Virus record (IMG/VR): IMGVR_UViG_3300048573_000453
Coordinates: 32,421-96,420 of that record
Reading direction: 5' to 3' (one strand)
From: a virus
Taxonomy: Duplodnaviria > Heunggongvirae > Uroviricota > Caudoviricetes
DNA: 64,000 nt
Each line of letters opens with the position of its first letter. Position 1 is the stretch's first letter. The notes under the pieces are model-generated. The model searched no databases. It was given only the letters and a program-made list of their open reading frames with translations, and was not told where the DNA came from. Position numbers and translations under genes: made by a program. Of this stretch, positions 1 to 8,209 are shown piece by piece.

Positions 1-141
1 AATTGCAAGATTGGCATTTGACATGAGCAACATTGTCATGCATCTTGACTGAATGACAATAGAATTCTCCGGTGTTAATTTCAAACAAAGTATGTTCACT
101 GACCAGAAGCCAAGTAGATTCGCAATTGGGGCAATAGTAAG

Positions 142-405
142 TCATTTCTTACCTTTCAGACCAACATCGGCCTGGTGGGTGTAGCGCAATTGGAAGTTCC
201 AACCATCTGTTTTACCAGTCAGATCTGGCTTGTTATTTGGATCGGTTTTGTAGGTCACCGAATAGTCCGAAGAGTGGTCAGTAGTTGCGCCAATATACTT
301 CCGAACCGAAACAATTTCAACTTTGACTCCCGATGCACTAACCCAAACTTCGCCTTGAGCGAAAGCTGGTCCAGTTGCTTTGTGAAATTTGATTTTACCG
401 TTCAT
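142..405 (-). CDS. hypothetical small protein (start moved to the ATG at 405; the track start at 432 is a TTG inside a conserved 5' leader motif)
   Basis: ORF in minus array; AAGGA RBS 10 nt upstream of ATG 405; the leader motif is shared with the genes at 3701, 4527 and 44667. Confidence 0.5.
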   Translation of the reverse strand: MNGKIKFHKATGPAFAQGEVWVSASGVKVEIVSVRKYIGATTDHSSDYSVTYKTDPNNKPDLTGKTDGWNFQLRYTHQADVGLKGKK

Positions 406-450
406 GATGAATATCCTTTTGTTGATGGTCAAATTATACCACTAAATTCA
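406..450 (-). promoter_or_regulatory. conserved leader motif family P1, copy 1
   Basis: GGTATAATTTGACCATCAACAAAAGGATATTCATCATG. Confidence 0.45.
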
Positions 451-497
451 ACACTCTTCATCATAGAAGGTAAAAATTGCATTCTCACTAAAAGATC

Positions 498-713
498 TTA
501 GTTGATACCAACACGTTCTTTCATACGGTTCATCAAATCAATTGGATTCATGTGCCCCTTGGCTTCTATCATAGCCGCAGCAAAACATTCTTTAACAATC
601 AACTCAGCGAACTTTTTATGCGCTGTGTCCAGATACCCCAGTGCAAGCGTATCATCGTGAGCCATTTTGATGCCTGCTTCTCTTGCGATCTCTCTAATTC
701 GCTCGTTCATCAC
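498..713 (-). CDS. hypothetical small protein (71 aa)
   Basis: ORF; start overlaps stop of upstream ORF (ATGA coupling at 710-713). Confidence 0.5.
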   Translation of the reverse strand: MMNERIREIAREAGIKMAHDDTLALGYLDTAHKKFAELIVKECFAAAMIEAKGHMNPIDLMNRMKERVGIN

Positions 714-982
714 GGTGTCTCTTTGTAATCAACATCTTCCAGCAGCTTGGCGATAGTTGTCAGGTTATTTGCCCAAACTCCACTTTCTATTGTTATCCAG
801 TGTTCATCGAGCTTAAAGCTGTCACCAGCAATTACCTCATACTTGATGTTGTCAGCACCGGATACTTCAAGTTCCATAAATGCCGCCATGAATTTGGTGC
901 ATTGGTTTTTGTCGTAGAACCTGAATTGCAAATCCCAAGTGCAGATGCTGGCTCTGCCTTGAATACTTGGTCCGTATGTCAT
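710..982 (-). CDS. hypothetical protein (90 aa)
   Basis: ORF; 4-nt overlaps with both neighbours. Confidence 0.5.
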   Translation of the reverse strand: MTYGPSIQGRASICTWDLQFRFYDKNQCTKFMAAFMELEVSGADNIKYEVIAGDSFKLDEHWITIESGVWANNLTTIAKLLEDVDYKETP

Positions 983-1227
983 TCTTCGATTCCAAAATGT
1001 CGTTTCAACATAGTCTTGAACAGTTCTGTATCATCAGCAGAAATGTTATTTGATGCTTTATACCCAACTTCATCAATAATAGCAAGAACTTCATTGAGCA
1101 GCAGTTCTCCGAACCTTCCGATGTCCTTTGGACTGGCGATGTAGTCGCCCTCATCCCAATTGCTCGGCAAGCCCATGGGCTCGTAAAACCCAGCCCGTTT
1201 GGTAATTTCTTTAATTTTCTTGTTCAT
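979..1227 (-). CDS. hypothetical protein (82 aa)
   Basis: ORF; translationally coupled array. Confidence 0.5.
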   Translation of the reverse strand: MNKKIKEITKRAGFYEPMGLPSNWDEGDYIASPKDIGRFGELLLNEVLAIIDEVGYKASNNISADDTELFKTMLKRHFGIEE

Positions 1228-1233
1228 ACTATG

Positions 1234-1455
1234 TCACTCTTCATCAAAGAAGGTAAGATTCACATTCTTACCGTGGATTTCTGCTTTTGCAAATGGAACA
1301 AAATGTCGCTTGGTATCCCGAGAGATCGGACCACAGTCCATACCCGCATGAGTAATTGCTCCCATTAAAAGGGATCGCAGCATCAGATTGAGTTTCTTCT
1401 TACGTTTCCGACCGTTAAGCTTCAGAAACTTGTTGGTCATTTTGATAGTGATCAT
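1234..1455 (-). CDS. hypothetical protein (start at ATG 1455, not the track TTG at 1461)
   Basis: ORF; AGGA RBS then ATG; preceded by a conserved ~45-bp upstream motif. Confidence 0.5.
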   Translation of the reverse strand: MITIKMTNKFLKLNGRKRKKKLNLMLRSLLMGAITHAGMDCGPISRDTKRHFVPFAKAEIHGKNVNLTFFDEE

Positions 1456-1461
1456 TTTCAA

Positions 1462-1510
1462 TCCTATAATTGGCAGTTAGTGACTTTGCGATATTTGACA
1501 ATGTGTAATT
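1462..1510 (-). promoter_or_regulatory. conserved ~45-bp upstream motif, copy 1
   Basis: ACACATTGTCAAATATCGCAAAGTCACTAACTGCCAAT..GGATTGAAAATG. Confidence 0.4.
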
Positions 1511-1522
1511 CGTTCGTTCATA

Positions 1523-1867
1523 TTACCACCTCACTCTGATAGCATAGCCAGTTCCTTCACAGGGCTTGTCGTCCACGCTACCAAGCCCACCGCCGATAGT
1601 GATCGGGTATCCGTGAATATCCACAGTGAATCCCAACTTCTCAAGTTCAACCTTGAGCAATCGTTGTACAGGAGTAAATTCAGGGTCGCGGTATGGTCTC
1701 TTATCAACCTTCACCCAGTCTGAGAGGTAGAGATAGTGATTTAACAATACTTCACGCTTACCCAAAGTGGCCTCTGATCTAACCAATTTGTCAACACATT
1801 CCAATCGTTTTTTAACGGTGGCATCACTTTGCTCAACCATCTCACGGGCTTCTTTTGCTGTGATCAT
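1523..1867 (-). CDS. hypothetical protein (start at ATG 1867)
   Basis: ORF; same conserved upstream motif and RBS as the gene at 1455. Confidence 0.5.
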   Translation of the reverse strand: MITAKEAREMVEQSDATVKKRLECVDKLVRSEATLGKREVLLNHYLYLSDWVKVDKRPYRDPEFTPVQRLLKVELEKLGFTVDIHGYPITIGGGLGSVDDKPCEGTGYAIRVRW

Positions 1868-1869
1868 TT

Positions 1870-2328
1870 TCAATCCTTTGATTGGCAGTTAGTGACTTTG
1901 CGATATTTTACAATGTGTCGATATGAGTCATTGACGTTCCAAGAGGCATCCCACGCCAGCGATTGGGCTTTGTGAATATGCCCATTAGACAGCACGACTT
2001 CGATTATATCTTCTTCGCTCAATGTAGATGGGGCCAGAGGCAATGTTTGAGTATTGAGAATCCATTCATCGGAAGAGTCAGTCTTGGTTTCATATTTCTC
2101 ACATTCAGCTTGCGTCTCAAAGATTTTACCGTCGTCGGTCAGACAAGCCGCCGTAAGTTCCATTACCGAGTATCCATTGAGCCATGGTTCACCATTCTGT
2201 TTCTTGATGAAGTATACGGGGTATTTCCAGTCTGGAAGCGAAATGCCAACCACGACACATAATGTACCGTCCAAACTAGCTGAAGTGTTTACGATCTTGA
2301 CAAGTTGTCCATTAGGGAAGAGTTTCAT
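1870..2328 (-). CDS. hypothetical protein (152 aa)
   Basis: ORF in array. Confidence 0.5.
   Translation of the reverse strand: MKLFPNGQLVKIVNTSASLDGTLCVVVGISLPDWKYPVYFIKKQNGEPWLNGYSVMELTAACLTDDGKIFETQAECEKYETKTDSSDEWILNTQTLPLAPSTLSEEDIIEVVLSNGHIHKAQSLAWDASWNVNDSYRHIVKYRKVTNCQSKD
1874..1922 (-). promoter_or_regulatory. conserved ~45-bp upstream motif, copy 2
   Basis: Near-identical to the copy at 1462..1510. Confidence 0.4.
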
Positions 2329-2406
2329 TGTGTATCCTTTGTTTTGATGGTGATAATTATATCACAGAAAATCAATATGGAGAACATTTGTTCATCACCT
2401 TTACGG

Positions 2407-2760
2407 TCAATCCCGAAACAAAATAGAAACATCATTTTCATTGAGAGTCACTGGATCGCCATGCTGAGCAACGAGAAGTAGTTTCTTTACCGCCAGTAGT
2501 CGTTCCCCTTTGGTCCTAATATAGAAGTTTACGTAGGAGCAACCAAGCCGCCGCTCCCAATCAATTTCGTTCTTCTTTGCCGCTCTTCTTCCAATCCAAG
2601 GGAATGTTTTGGTCCGACAAAAGACTTTGTTGCGAGCAAGGATACCTGAGATTTCTTCCTCTTTCTCTGCCTCAAGACGATCAATGTCATCCCGTAAATT
2701 CTGAATAGATGTGTTGGCAGCTTCGATGACTTTGGCTGCTGGAATTGTGATCGTTGCCAT
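2407..2760 (-). CDS. hypothetical protein (117 aa)
   Basis: ORF in array. Confidence 0.45.
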   Translation of the reverse strand: MATITIPAAKVIEAANTSIQNLRDDIDRLEAEKEEEISGILARNKVFCRTKTFPWIGRRAAKKNEIDWERRLGCSYVNFYIRTKGERLLAVKKLLLVAQHGDPVTLNENDVSILFRD

Positions 2761-2810
2761 AATGTCCTTTGTTTGATGGGGTCTTTTGTATCACGAAAAC
2801 TCAACTAAAG

Positions 2811-3347
2811 TCAATTTGGTGGTGCACGGAAAATAACTTTCCCATCAATCACGCTCAGCGATCCGCCGTTGGATGTGGCGTGACCGTTCTTGTCAATCCA
2901 AAGATCATCACCATCGGAATTTCCTGCGAGCCAACGAGTTTCTCTCTCATCAATTATAACGAAATCGTCAGTATCGACTATCTTTTCGACCCTCAGAGAG
3001 ACAGCCACCGAATAGTATCCGTTGCTGGAACCATAGAATCGAATATCGACCCAACCCTTAACCGTTGCGAGTTTGTAGAAAGTCCATCGCTGATCCCCAT
3101 CATCAGTTTCGGTATCGTTGATGCTTTCTTCTGCGAAGAGAATTTCTGAACCTACTAAGTCTTCAAGATCGCCGACAATGGATTCGATGTAAACTTCCTC
3201 GCAGCAATCCTGAACATGGTCTAGTTTGAATTTTGTACCATCATCACAGATGAAGGTTATGGTGTAATGGTCACTCATGACTGAGCTGAAAGACTTACCC
3301 TTCAGCGTTTCAAATGCAACAGATTTTGGATTAAGTTTAATTTTCAT
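2811..3347 (-). CDS. hypothetical acidic protein (178 aa)
   Basis: ORF; 3-nt gap to the next gene. Confidence 0.5.
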   Translation of the reverse strand: MKIKLNPKSVAFETLKGKSFSSVMSDHYTITFICDDGTKFKLDHVQDCCEEVYIESIVGDLEDLVGSEILFAEESINDTETDDGDQRWTFYKLATVKGWVDIRFYGSSNGYYSVAVSLRVEKIVDTDDFVIIDERETRWLAGNSDGDDLWIDKNGHATSNGGSLSVIDGKVIFRAPPN

Positions 3348-3350
3348 GAT

Positions 3351-3701
3351 TTATGCGGTTTTCTGAGGACTATTCCGAAAATCCTCATGGTATTGGGTGA
3401 CTACTACTTCGCGAGCTTCAACAAAGTACCAGCGTTCAAAAGTTGCGCCGTCGTATGAGTAGTATACTCCATCAAATTTCACAAAGCATGACTCATCAGT
3501 TTCACTATCAGTGAACTTGTATACGCTCCAGAATTCTGTACCTTGGTCTTCGCCGCCACAAAAATCGACGATCTTTTGCTCTAAGCCGGATTTGAGCATC
3601 AGAATGGCATTGATGTCGCCATCAGGATAACCATGGAAGAATTTATTCAAAGTGGTTTTATTTGTTTTTAGAAAGTCTTCTACTTTTTGTTGGATAGTCA
3701 T
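3351..3701 (-). CDS. hypothetical protein (start at ATG 3701; track N-terminal extension rejected)
   Basis: Conserved leader GGTATAAT...CCATCAACTCAAGGAATCTAAAATG precedes ATG 3701. Confidence 0.55.
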   Translation of the reverse strand: MTIQQKVEDFLKTNKTTLNKFFHGYPDGDINAILMLKSGLEQKIVDFCGGEDQGTEFWSVYKFTDSETDESCFVKFDGVYYSYDGATFERWYFVEAREVVVTQYHEDFRNSPQKTA

Positions 3702-3748
3702 TTTAGATTCCTTGAGTTGATGGCGAATTATACCGCACAAAAGTCTAC
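3702..3748 (-). promoter_or_regulatory. P1 copy 2
   Basis: TGCGGTATAATTCGCCATCAACTCAAGGAATCTAAAATG. Confidence 0.5.
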
Positions 3749-4527
3749 ATCAAGCCGAGAATTTCTCTCTCTTCTTTGGACAATTTGTTCAGCGCAACTA
3801 ATTTCTTTTCAGCTCGCTGACGCTCTTCTTCAACTCTCGCCAACTCTCGATTGCATTCGTAATCCAAATCATCCATACTTTCGAGAATTTTCTCAGCTTC
3901 CCGAACAGTCAACTCATCAGGCAAGATAATCGGAAAATCAATAAGAATATCAGAATTGCCGCAAAGAAGATCAAATGATTTCCCATTTGATTTTACAACC
4001 CAAGTAAGACTTGTATATTTTGCCAAAAGTTGAAGCAGCTTTGTTTGATAATTTGCCTTAAACTCAGCAAGCTGCTTTTCCTTTTCCTCTTTCCGAAACT
4101 GCTCAATTTCTGCTTGCTTTTCTGCCTTGGTTTTACGCTTTTTAGGTTTCTTTGGTGCGTCTTCGGTCACAACAACTCCGGAAGCAATGTATTCGGCCCA
4201 TTCTTCCTTCATTGCTTCAAGCCGTTCGGCGAAATCTCTTAGTGCTGTTTCCGTATAGCAACCGGGTCCACCAGCTTCGATGTGGCAATGTTTATCCAAG
4301 CAGTAGTTATACTCGCCACCTTTCCACCCATAAAATTTTTCTGTGATGGCTCTGTCAACGCATTCCAGCATGTCAGCGGAAGTCAAGAGGTAAGCTGATT
4401 GAAATGCAATCTCGCTATATTCGCCTCGCCACGAATGTGGATTGTTGAATGCATTTACGAATTCAAAATTTGGGTCCGTTGCTTGAACATTTTCCAGAAA
4501 TTCTTTAACTGCGAGCAGAGTGGTCAT
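3745..4527 (-). CDS. hypothetical protein with C-terminal coiled-coil/basic region (260 aa)
   Basis: ORF; same conserved leader/RBS motif as the gene at 3701. Confidence 0.55.
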   Translation of the reverse strand: MTTLLAVKEFLENVQATDPNFEFVNAFNNPHSWRGEYSEIAFQSAYLLTSADMLECVDRAITEKFYGWKGGEYNYCLDKHCHIEAGGPGCYTETALRDFAERLEAMKEEWAEYIASGVVVTEDAPKKPKKRKTKAEKQAEIEQFRKEEKEKQLAEFKANYQTKLLQLLAKYTSLTWVVKSNGKSFDLLCGNSDILIDFPIILPDELTVREAEKILESMDDLDYECNRELARVEEERQRAEKKLVALNKLSKEEREILGLM

Positions 4528-4575
4528 TTTAGATTCCTTGAGTTGATGGTAAAATTATACCGCAAAAATCAACTA
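4528..4575 (-). promoter_or_regulatory. P1 copy 3
   Basis: TGCGGTATAATTTTACCATCAACTCAAGGAATCTAAAATG. Confidence 0.5.
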
Positions 4576-5226
4576 ATTTGTCCTATTCACATAAGAAACC
4601 CAGTCAAAATATCGAACGTTCTCAATCGAAGCAGTCTCAGAATTATCGGCATAGTAAAAAGTAGTTGTTTTCTCGTCGATGACCACTTTCCAGTATCCTG
4701 AAGGAATCGGAATTTTACTTGCTAGAAACAACGGGAAAGCCCCGTAAACGGGGATAGTGACGATCCATAGGTCAGCACCAGACTTCTGCCAGCGGGTTCG
4801 TATACGAGTTTCCAATGCCTTCCATGCGCCCCTGTTCAGCTTTGGATTTTGAGGAGTTACGTTGCTCATCCAGTAGGTTTCAAGCGCCTCCTGCGGATTT
4901 GACGCATTATCAGCAGCAGCTAAATGGCCTCGATCAAATCCGCTGTTGATATACATTGACGGTGAATGATTGACCAATAACCTACGATCAACTCGAAAAT
5001 TTCCGCTGCGAACCGTAGACCCAACAGCAACATTGCTCTTCAGTTTTTCAGAACTAAGGATCGGATGGTTGTTCTTTTGATCATACAGGACCACATAGAA
5101 CAGATTGCATAGTTCTGTCGCTGATGGGACAGTAACTGGGGTACCATTTGGATATAGGTCGGGGCATGATGCTTGAGCCTGGGAATAGATAAGCCCGAAG
5201 AATATCGAAATAATTGCTTTTAGCAT
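4573..5226 (-). CDS. secreted DNA/RNA non-specific endonuclease (Serratia NUC family)
   Basis: N-terminal signal-peptide-like hydrophobic segment; FDRGHLAAAADN active-site DRGH motif. Confidence 0.7.
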   Translation of the reverse strand: MLKAIISIFFGLIYSQAQASCPDLYPNGTPVTVPSATELCNLFYVVLYDQKNNHPILSSEKLKSNVAVGSTVRSGNFRVDRRLLVNHSPSMYINSGFDRGHLAAADNASNPQEALETYWMSNVTPQNPKLNRGAWKALETRIRTRWQKSGADLWIVTIPVYGAFPLFLASKIPIPSGYWKVVIDEKTTTFYYADNSETASIENVRYFDWVSYVNRTN

Positions 5227-5263
5227 CTTAGCTTCCTGTTTTAGTCATTTTTCTTGATGTCAG

Positions 5264-5638
5264 TTAAATTAATTCATCTGGAACTTTTACTTTTTCGCCA
5301 AGTTTGCTTACTACGTAGCAGCGGAGGGCTGCAAGGAGAGGGGTTTCTCCGTACTGAACAATGCGGGCTGGGTGCTGTACGTCGTGAGTCATTGAGACCC
5401 AGTTACCCGCACCGGATGCACGCAGGTTTAACCGCTCTCGTTCAATAATTTGCCCACCTCTTGCCCAGTCGGTTGAGTAGCTTGGCAGAGGGTTGCCCCA
5501 AGCATGCTCGTAGGCTTGCCACTCTATAAAGCCTTCTTGCTCAAGCATCCAAGGGCACCGGGACGGGTGCTCTTCACACTTCGCTACCAGCCAGTCCAGA
5601 ACGGTCCCACTCGCTTCTGAAACTTTAACGGTTTTCAT
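5264..5638 (-). CDS. hypothetical phage protein (possibly NinX/DUF2591-like)
   Basis: ORF; weak recollection of the family from the ...VLDWLVAKCEEHP... segment. Confidence 0.4.
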   Translation of the reverse strand: MKTVKVSEASGTVLDWLVAKCEEHPSRCPWMLEQEGFIEWQAYEHAWGNPLPSYSTDWARGGQIIERERLNLRASGAGNWVSMTHDVQHPARIVQYGETPLLAALRCYVVSKLGEKVKVPDELI

Positions 5639-5659
5639 GATTTAGTTCCCTAGTTTTGC

Positions 5660-5971
5660 TTAGTATGAGTAAACTTCTTTAGCGAATGGATCGTAGCAGA
5701 ACTGAACGTCCCATTCAAGAATATGTGGCTTATCGCCGACATACATGTACTGACGGAGGTAATCCGCATGATCAGCGTCTGATCCCGACCACCGAAGCCA
5801 AGATGAAGCCTTGGCAAAAGCAGCAGACAAAATAACGATGGCTTCCTTCTGATTATCGGTTTCTGCATTCAGAAAATCTTCATCCTTGACCAGGGTCGAA
5901 AATGCGTTTTCGATATGTCGCTGGAAGTCAATGTCAGGGAAGGCTACGCAGAGTGCCTTTTTGTGTGTCAT
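5660..5971 (-). CDS. hypothetical protein (103 aa)
   Basis: ORF preceded by promoter-module copy A and an AAGGAAAT RBS. Confidence 0.55.
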   Translation of the reverse strand: MTHKKALCVAFPDIDFQRHIENAFSTLVKDEDFLNAETDNQKEAIVILSAAFAKASSWLRWSGSDADHADYLRQYMYVGDKPHILEWDVQFCYDPFAKEVYSY

Positions 5972-6045
5972 GATATATTTCCTTGGTTCAGCGTTTTATA
6001 ATTAAGCATACCGCGGAGTTGAATAAAAGTAAACGGTACCGAAGT
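5972..6045 (-). promoter_or_regulatory. repeated promoter/leader module, copy A
   Basis: CTTTACTTTTATTCAAC-N7-GGTATGCTTAATTATAAAACGCTGAAC...AAGGAAATATATCATG: -35-like TTTACT, 17-bp spacer, -10-like TATGCT/TATACT. Confidence 0.5.
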
Positions 6046-6053
6046 TTACGATT

Positions 6054-6125
6054 TCAAATGAACAAATCCACAATGACAACTATGATCAAGATGGCAAACA
6101 ACAGACGACAGGTATCAGCAATCAT
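6054..6125 (-). CDS. small hydrophobic peptide (23 aa, MIADTCRLLFAILIIVVIVDLFI)
   Basis: Not in ORF track (<60 aa); has its own copy of the promoter module and AAGGAAAT RBS; single predicted TM helix. Confidence 0.45.
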   Translation of the reverse strand: MIADTCRLLFAILIIVVIVDLFI

Positions 6126-6200
6126 AATATATTTCCTTGGTTCAGCGTTTTATAAATTAAGTATACCGCGGAGTTGAATAAAAGTAAAGACCGGCACGTC
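6126..6200 (-). promoter_or_regulatory. repeated promoter/leader module, copy B
   Basis: Same module upstream of the 23-aa peptide gene. Confidence 0.5.
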
Positions 6201-6211
6201 TTTACTGACAT

Positions 6212-6322
6212 TCATTCTTCCCCTACTGAGTAGAACACGTCACGAAATGGCGAACCGCTTTCTTCGTTATCCCAGAAGGTGTCATCGTAAGACTGGAAAT
6301 TTCGGTAAACTACGAATTTCAT
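6212..6322 (-). CDS. small protein (36 aa, MKFVVYRNFQSYDDTFWDNEESGSPFRDVFYSVGEE)
   Basis: Own promoter-module copy C and AAGGAAAC RBS. Confidence 0.4.
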   Translation of the reverse strand: MKFVVYRNFQSYDDTFWDNEESGSPFRDVFYSVGEE

Positions 6323-6400
6323 TTTGTTTCCTTCAGTTCAGCGTTTCATTATATTAAGTATACCGCAACGTTGAATAAAAGTAAAGATCAAACTTTACCG
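6323..6400 (-). promoter_or_regulatory. repeated promoter/leader module, copy C
   Basis: Same module upstream of the 36-aa gene. Confidence 0.5.
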
Positions 6401-6768
6401 AAGCTGCAATTTTTGATGAACTCACATTCGCTGCCGAAGGTACAGTAGTTGCCAAAGTTGCAGTAGCTATCGAAGCTGCAGTAGTTGCCGAACTCGCAGT
6501 GGCTGCTGAAGATGCAATTACTTCCGAAGGTGCAGTGTTTGCCGAAGATGCAATTGCTATCGAAGGTACAGAAGTTGCCGAAAGTAGAGTGGCTTCCGAA
6601 AGTAGAGTGGCTTCCGAAAGTAGAGTGGCTTCCGAAAGTAGAGTGGCTTCCGAAGTCGCATTCGTCGCCGAAGTTGCGCACCTCGGAATAATCTCCAGTG
6701 GGGCACTGACGCCAACCGCTGATGCCCATAGGCAGGGCATCAAACTCTTTCTGGGTGAACTTTTTCAT
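6388..6768 (-). CDS. cysteine-rich hexapeptide-repeat protein (126 aa)
   Basis: Encoded by ~18 tandem 18-bp repeats; protein has 6-aa period xCxFGx plus 4 exact FGSHST units; AAGGAAAT RBS; the four overlapping track ORFs here are repeat artefacts. Confidence 0.6.
   Translation of the reverse strand: MKKFTQKEFDALPMGISGWRQCPTGDYSEVRNFGDECDFGSHSTFGSHSTFGSHSTFGSHSTFGNFCTFDSNCIFGKHCTFGSNCIFSSHCEFGNYCSFDSYCNFGNYCTFGSECEFIKNCSFGKV
6426..6680. repeat. coding tandem 18-bp repeat array (~14 units, 4 of them identical)
   Basis: cgaaagtagagtggcttc x4 exact, flanked by degenerate gaaNNTGCAGTNNNTGCC units. Confidence 0.9.
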
Positions 6769-6821
6769 AATGTATTTCCAGTACCGTTAAAATTCAGAGA
6801 ATTAAAACTTCCCCGTTCCAA

Positions 6822-6912
6822 ATCTCAATTATACCCTACACTTGAATAAAAGTACAGACTTGTTATTTGTCTATGACAGACGTGACTGAACTTCGATTTC
6901 AAGAACCGAAGT
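6822..6912 (-). promoter_or_regulatory. distal part of the module (copy E), shared with copy D
   Basis: TTGAATAAAAGTACAGACTTGTTATTTGTCTATGACAGACGTGACTGAACTTCGATTTCAAGAACCGAAG. Confidence 0.4.
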
Positions 6913-6913
6913 G

Positions 6914-7921
6914 TCAAATTGAAGAGCGAAGCCGCGCAATGCGATCTTTAAGTTCTTGCTCTTGTGCCTCAAGCTCTTTAAGCTTTTTGATTTTATCCTG
7001 TTGATCAGACAGTAGCTTCTCATACTTTATCGGAAACGCCAACAATTCCGACATCTGTCGATGTATGTCGGCAATTATAGAAGGGTTTGAATACTGTGCA
7101 TCATTAAAATAAATCGGTTCTTTTGGGTAATCTGGTTCATCTGTGTAAAACGTCTCATATTGCGGTTCACGATCAGAATATTCAGTTATCGTGTTGCCAC
7201 CATTCCATTCGGAGTCCTTATAAGTATGGCGCATTCCTCCCACATACCCGACAATTTTAGTGCGATCATAATGCATGACTGAGCGGACACGTTCGCCCCG
7301 TTTTGCTTTTTGGGTTTCTGCGTCAAACCATGCTTTTGCATTTGTATTTTTTAAGTGCTCGGCTTCGATCTGTTCCTCTAGTTCAATCTTACGCTTTTCC
7401 AATATTTCATACTGCTTTAGCACAAGTGGATACAAAGCCAGAGATTCCTCTGGAGTTGCAGCCATTAGCAAATCTTGATCTTCGATAATTTGGCCCATGG
7501 CTTTTAAAGAAATCTCTACCCATTGCATAGGAGTAAAATCGTGGGATACGAAAATCAACCCTTCTTTCCGAGCCAAATCTGGCAGTTTTTCGCGAGCATC
7601 TCGAAACCGACCATCACTTCCAAGATACTTGCGTGAGCGGGAAATATCACCGTGGACCAAAACGCCCCTATGAATGATGCAATATCCATCAGAATAGAAA
7701 ATAGAAGTTGAGAACTTATCAACTTTTGCCCGAATGAAACGACCAGAAGGCGAACGAATTATTTTAACAGGAAGACTTGGAAGGACATTGAGCCAAGAGC
7801 TAACAAAATCCAAAGGAATGTTAGTTGCTTTGGAAAGCATTTTCTGGGTATACGGCTTGGAATTATTGCACGTAAACAGAACCAATTCTTTAATATACTG
7901 ACATTTTTTGTCGTAAGTCAT
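6914..7921 (-). CDS. hypothetical protein with C-terminal coiled coil (335 aa)
   Basis: ORF; no confident motif. Confidence 0.5.
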   Translation of the reverse strand: MTYDKKCQYIKELVLFTCNNSKPYTQKMLSKATNIPLDFVSSWLNVLPSLPVKIIRSPSGRFIRAKVDKFSTSIFYSDGYCIIHRGVLVHGDISRSRKYLGSDGRFRDAREKLPDLARKEGLIFVSHDFTPMQWVEISLKAMGQIIEDQDLLMAATPEESLALYPLVLKQYEILEKRKIELEEQIEAEHLKNTNAKAWFDAETQKAKRGERVRSVMHYDRTKIVGYVGGMRHTYKDSEWNGGNTITEYSDREPQYETFYTDEPDYPKEPIYFNDAQYSNPSIIADIHRQMSELLAFPIKYEKLLSDQQDKIKKLKELEAQEQELKDRIARLRSSI

Positions 7922-7987
7922 GCCGGAGTCCGTGGTCTTAAAAGAAAATTATAAAGTGTTTAAGTTCTTTGAACTTCATCATTTACA

Positions 7988-8209
7988 TCATACCTGACTC
8001 TGAATATCCAATGAAAGTTTACGGGCGAGAAGACCTGCGTCGCCTAACCAGCCATCTTTATGATCATTGATAAAGTCATAAACGTCGGATCTAGGGAAGG
8101 AAAAGAGAATAGTCCAGACAAGATGATTCTGCTCAGGTTGAGATTTCTCTGAGAAGTTCATTGAATAGGTGTTGATCGTTTTGATCAGAGGGGTCACCAT
8201 CATCGCCAT
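7988..8209 (-). CDS. hypothetical small protein (73 aa)
   Basis: ORF preceded by promoter-module copy D. Confidence 0.5.
   Translation of the reverse strand: MAMMVTPLIKTINTYSMNFSEKSQPEQNHLVWTILFSFPRSDVYDFINDHKDGWLGDAGLLARKLSLDIQSQV

Noticed and set aside
175-501. Plus-strand ORFs lying inside minus-strand genes (e.g. 175..501, 800..1144, 8442..9017, 34193..34693, 39111..39611, 55244..55693 and others)
   Set aside because: Antisense shadow ORFs; no RBS; they overlap better-supported minus-strand genes of a co-directional array.
5983-6177. Plus-strand ORF 5983..6177 (64 aa)
   Set aside because: Spans two copies of the repeated promoter module; the minus strand here holds a 23-aa peptide gene with its own RBS.
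6354-6849. Three alternative ORFs over the 18-bp repeat array (6354..6743 -, 6485..6691 +, 6499..6849 +)
   Set aside because: Frame artefacts of the tandem repeat; only 6388..6768 has RBS/promoter context. The array also has no spacers, so it is not CRISPR.
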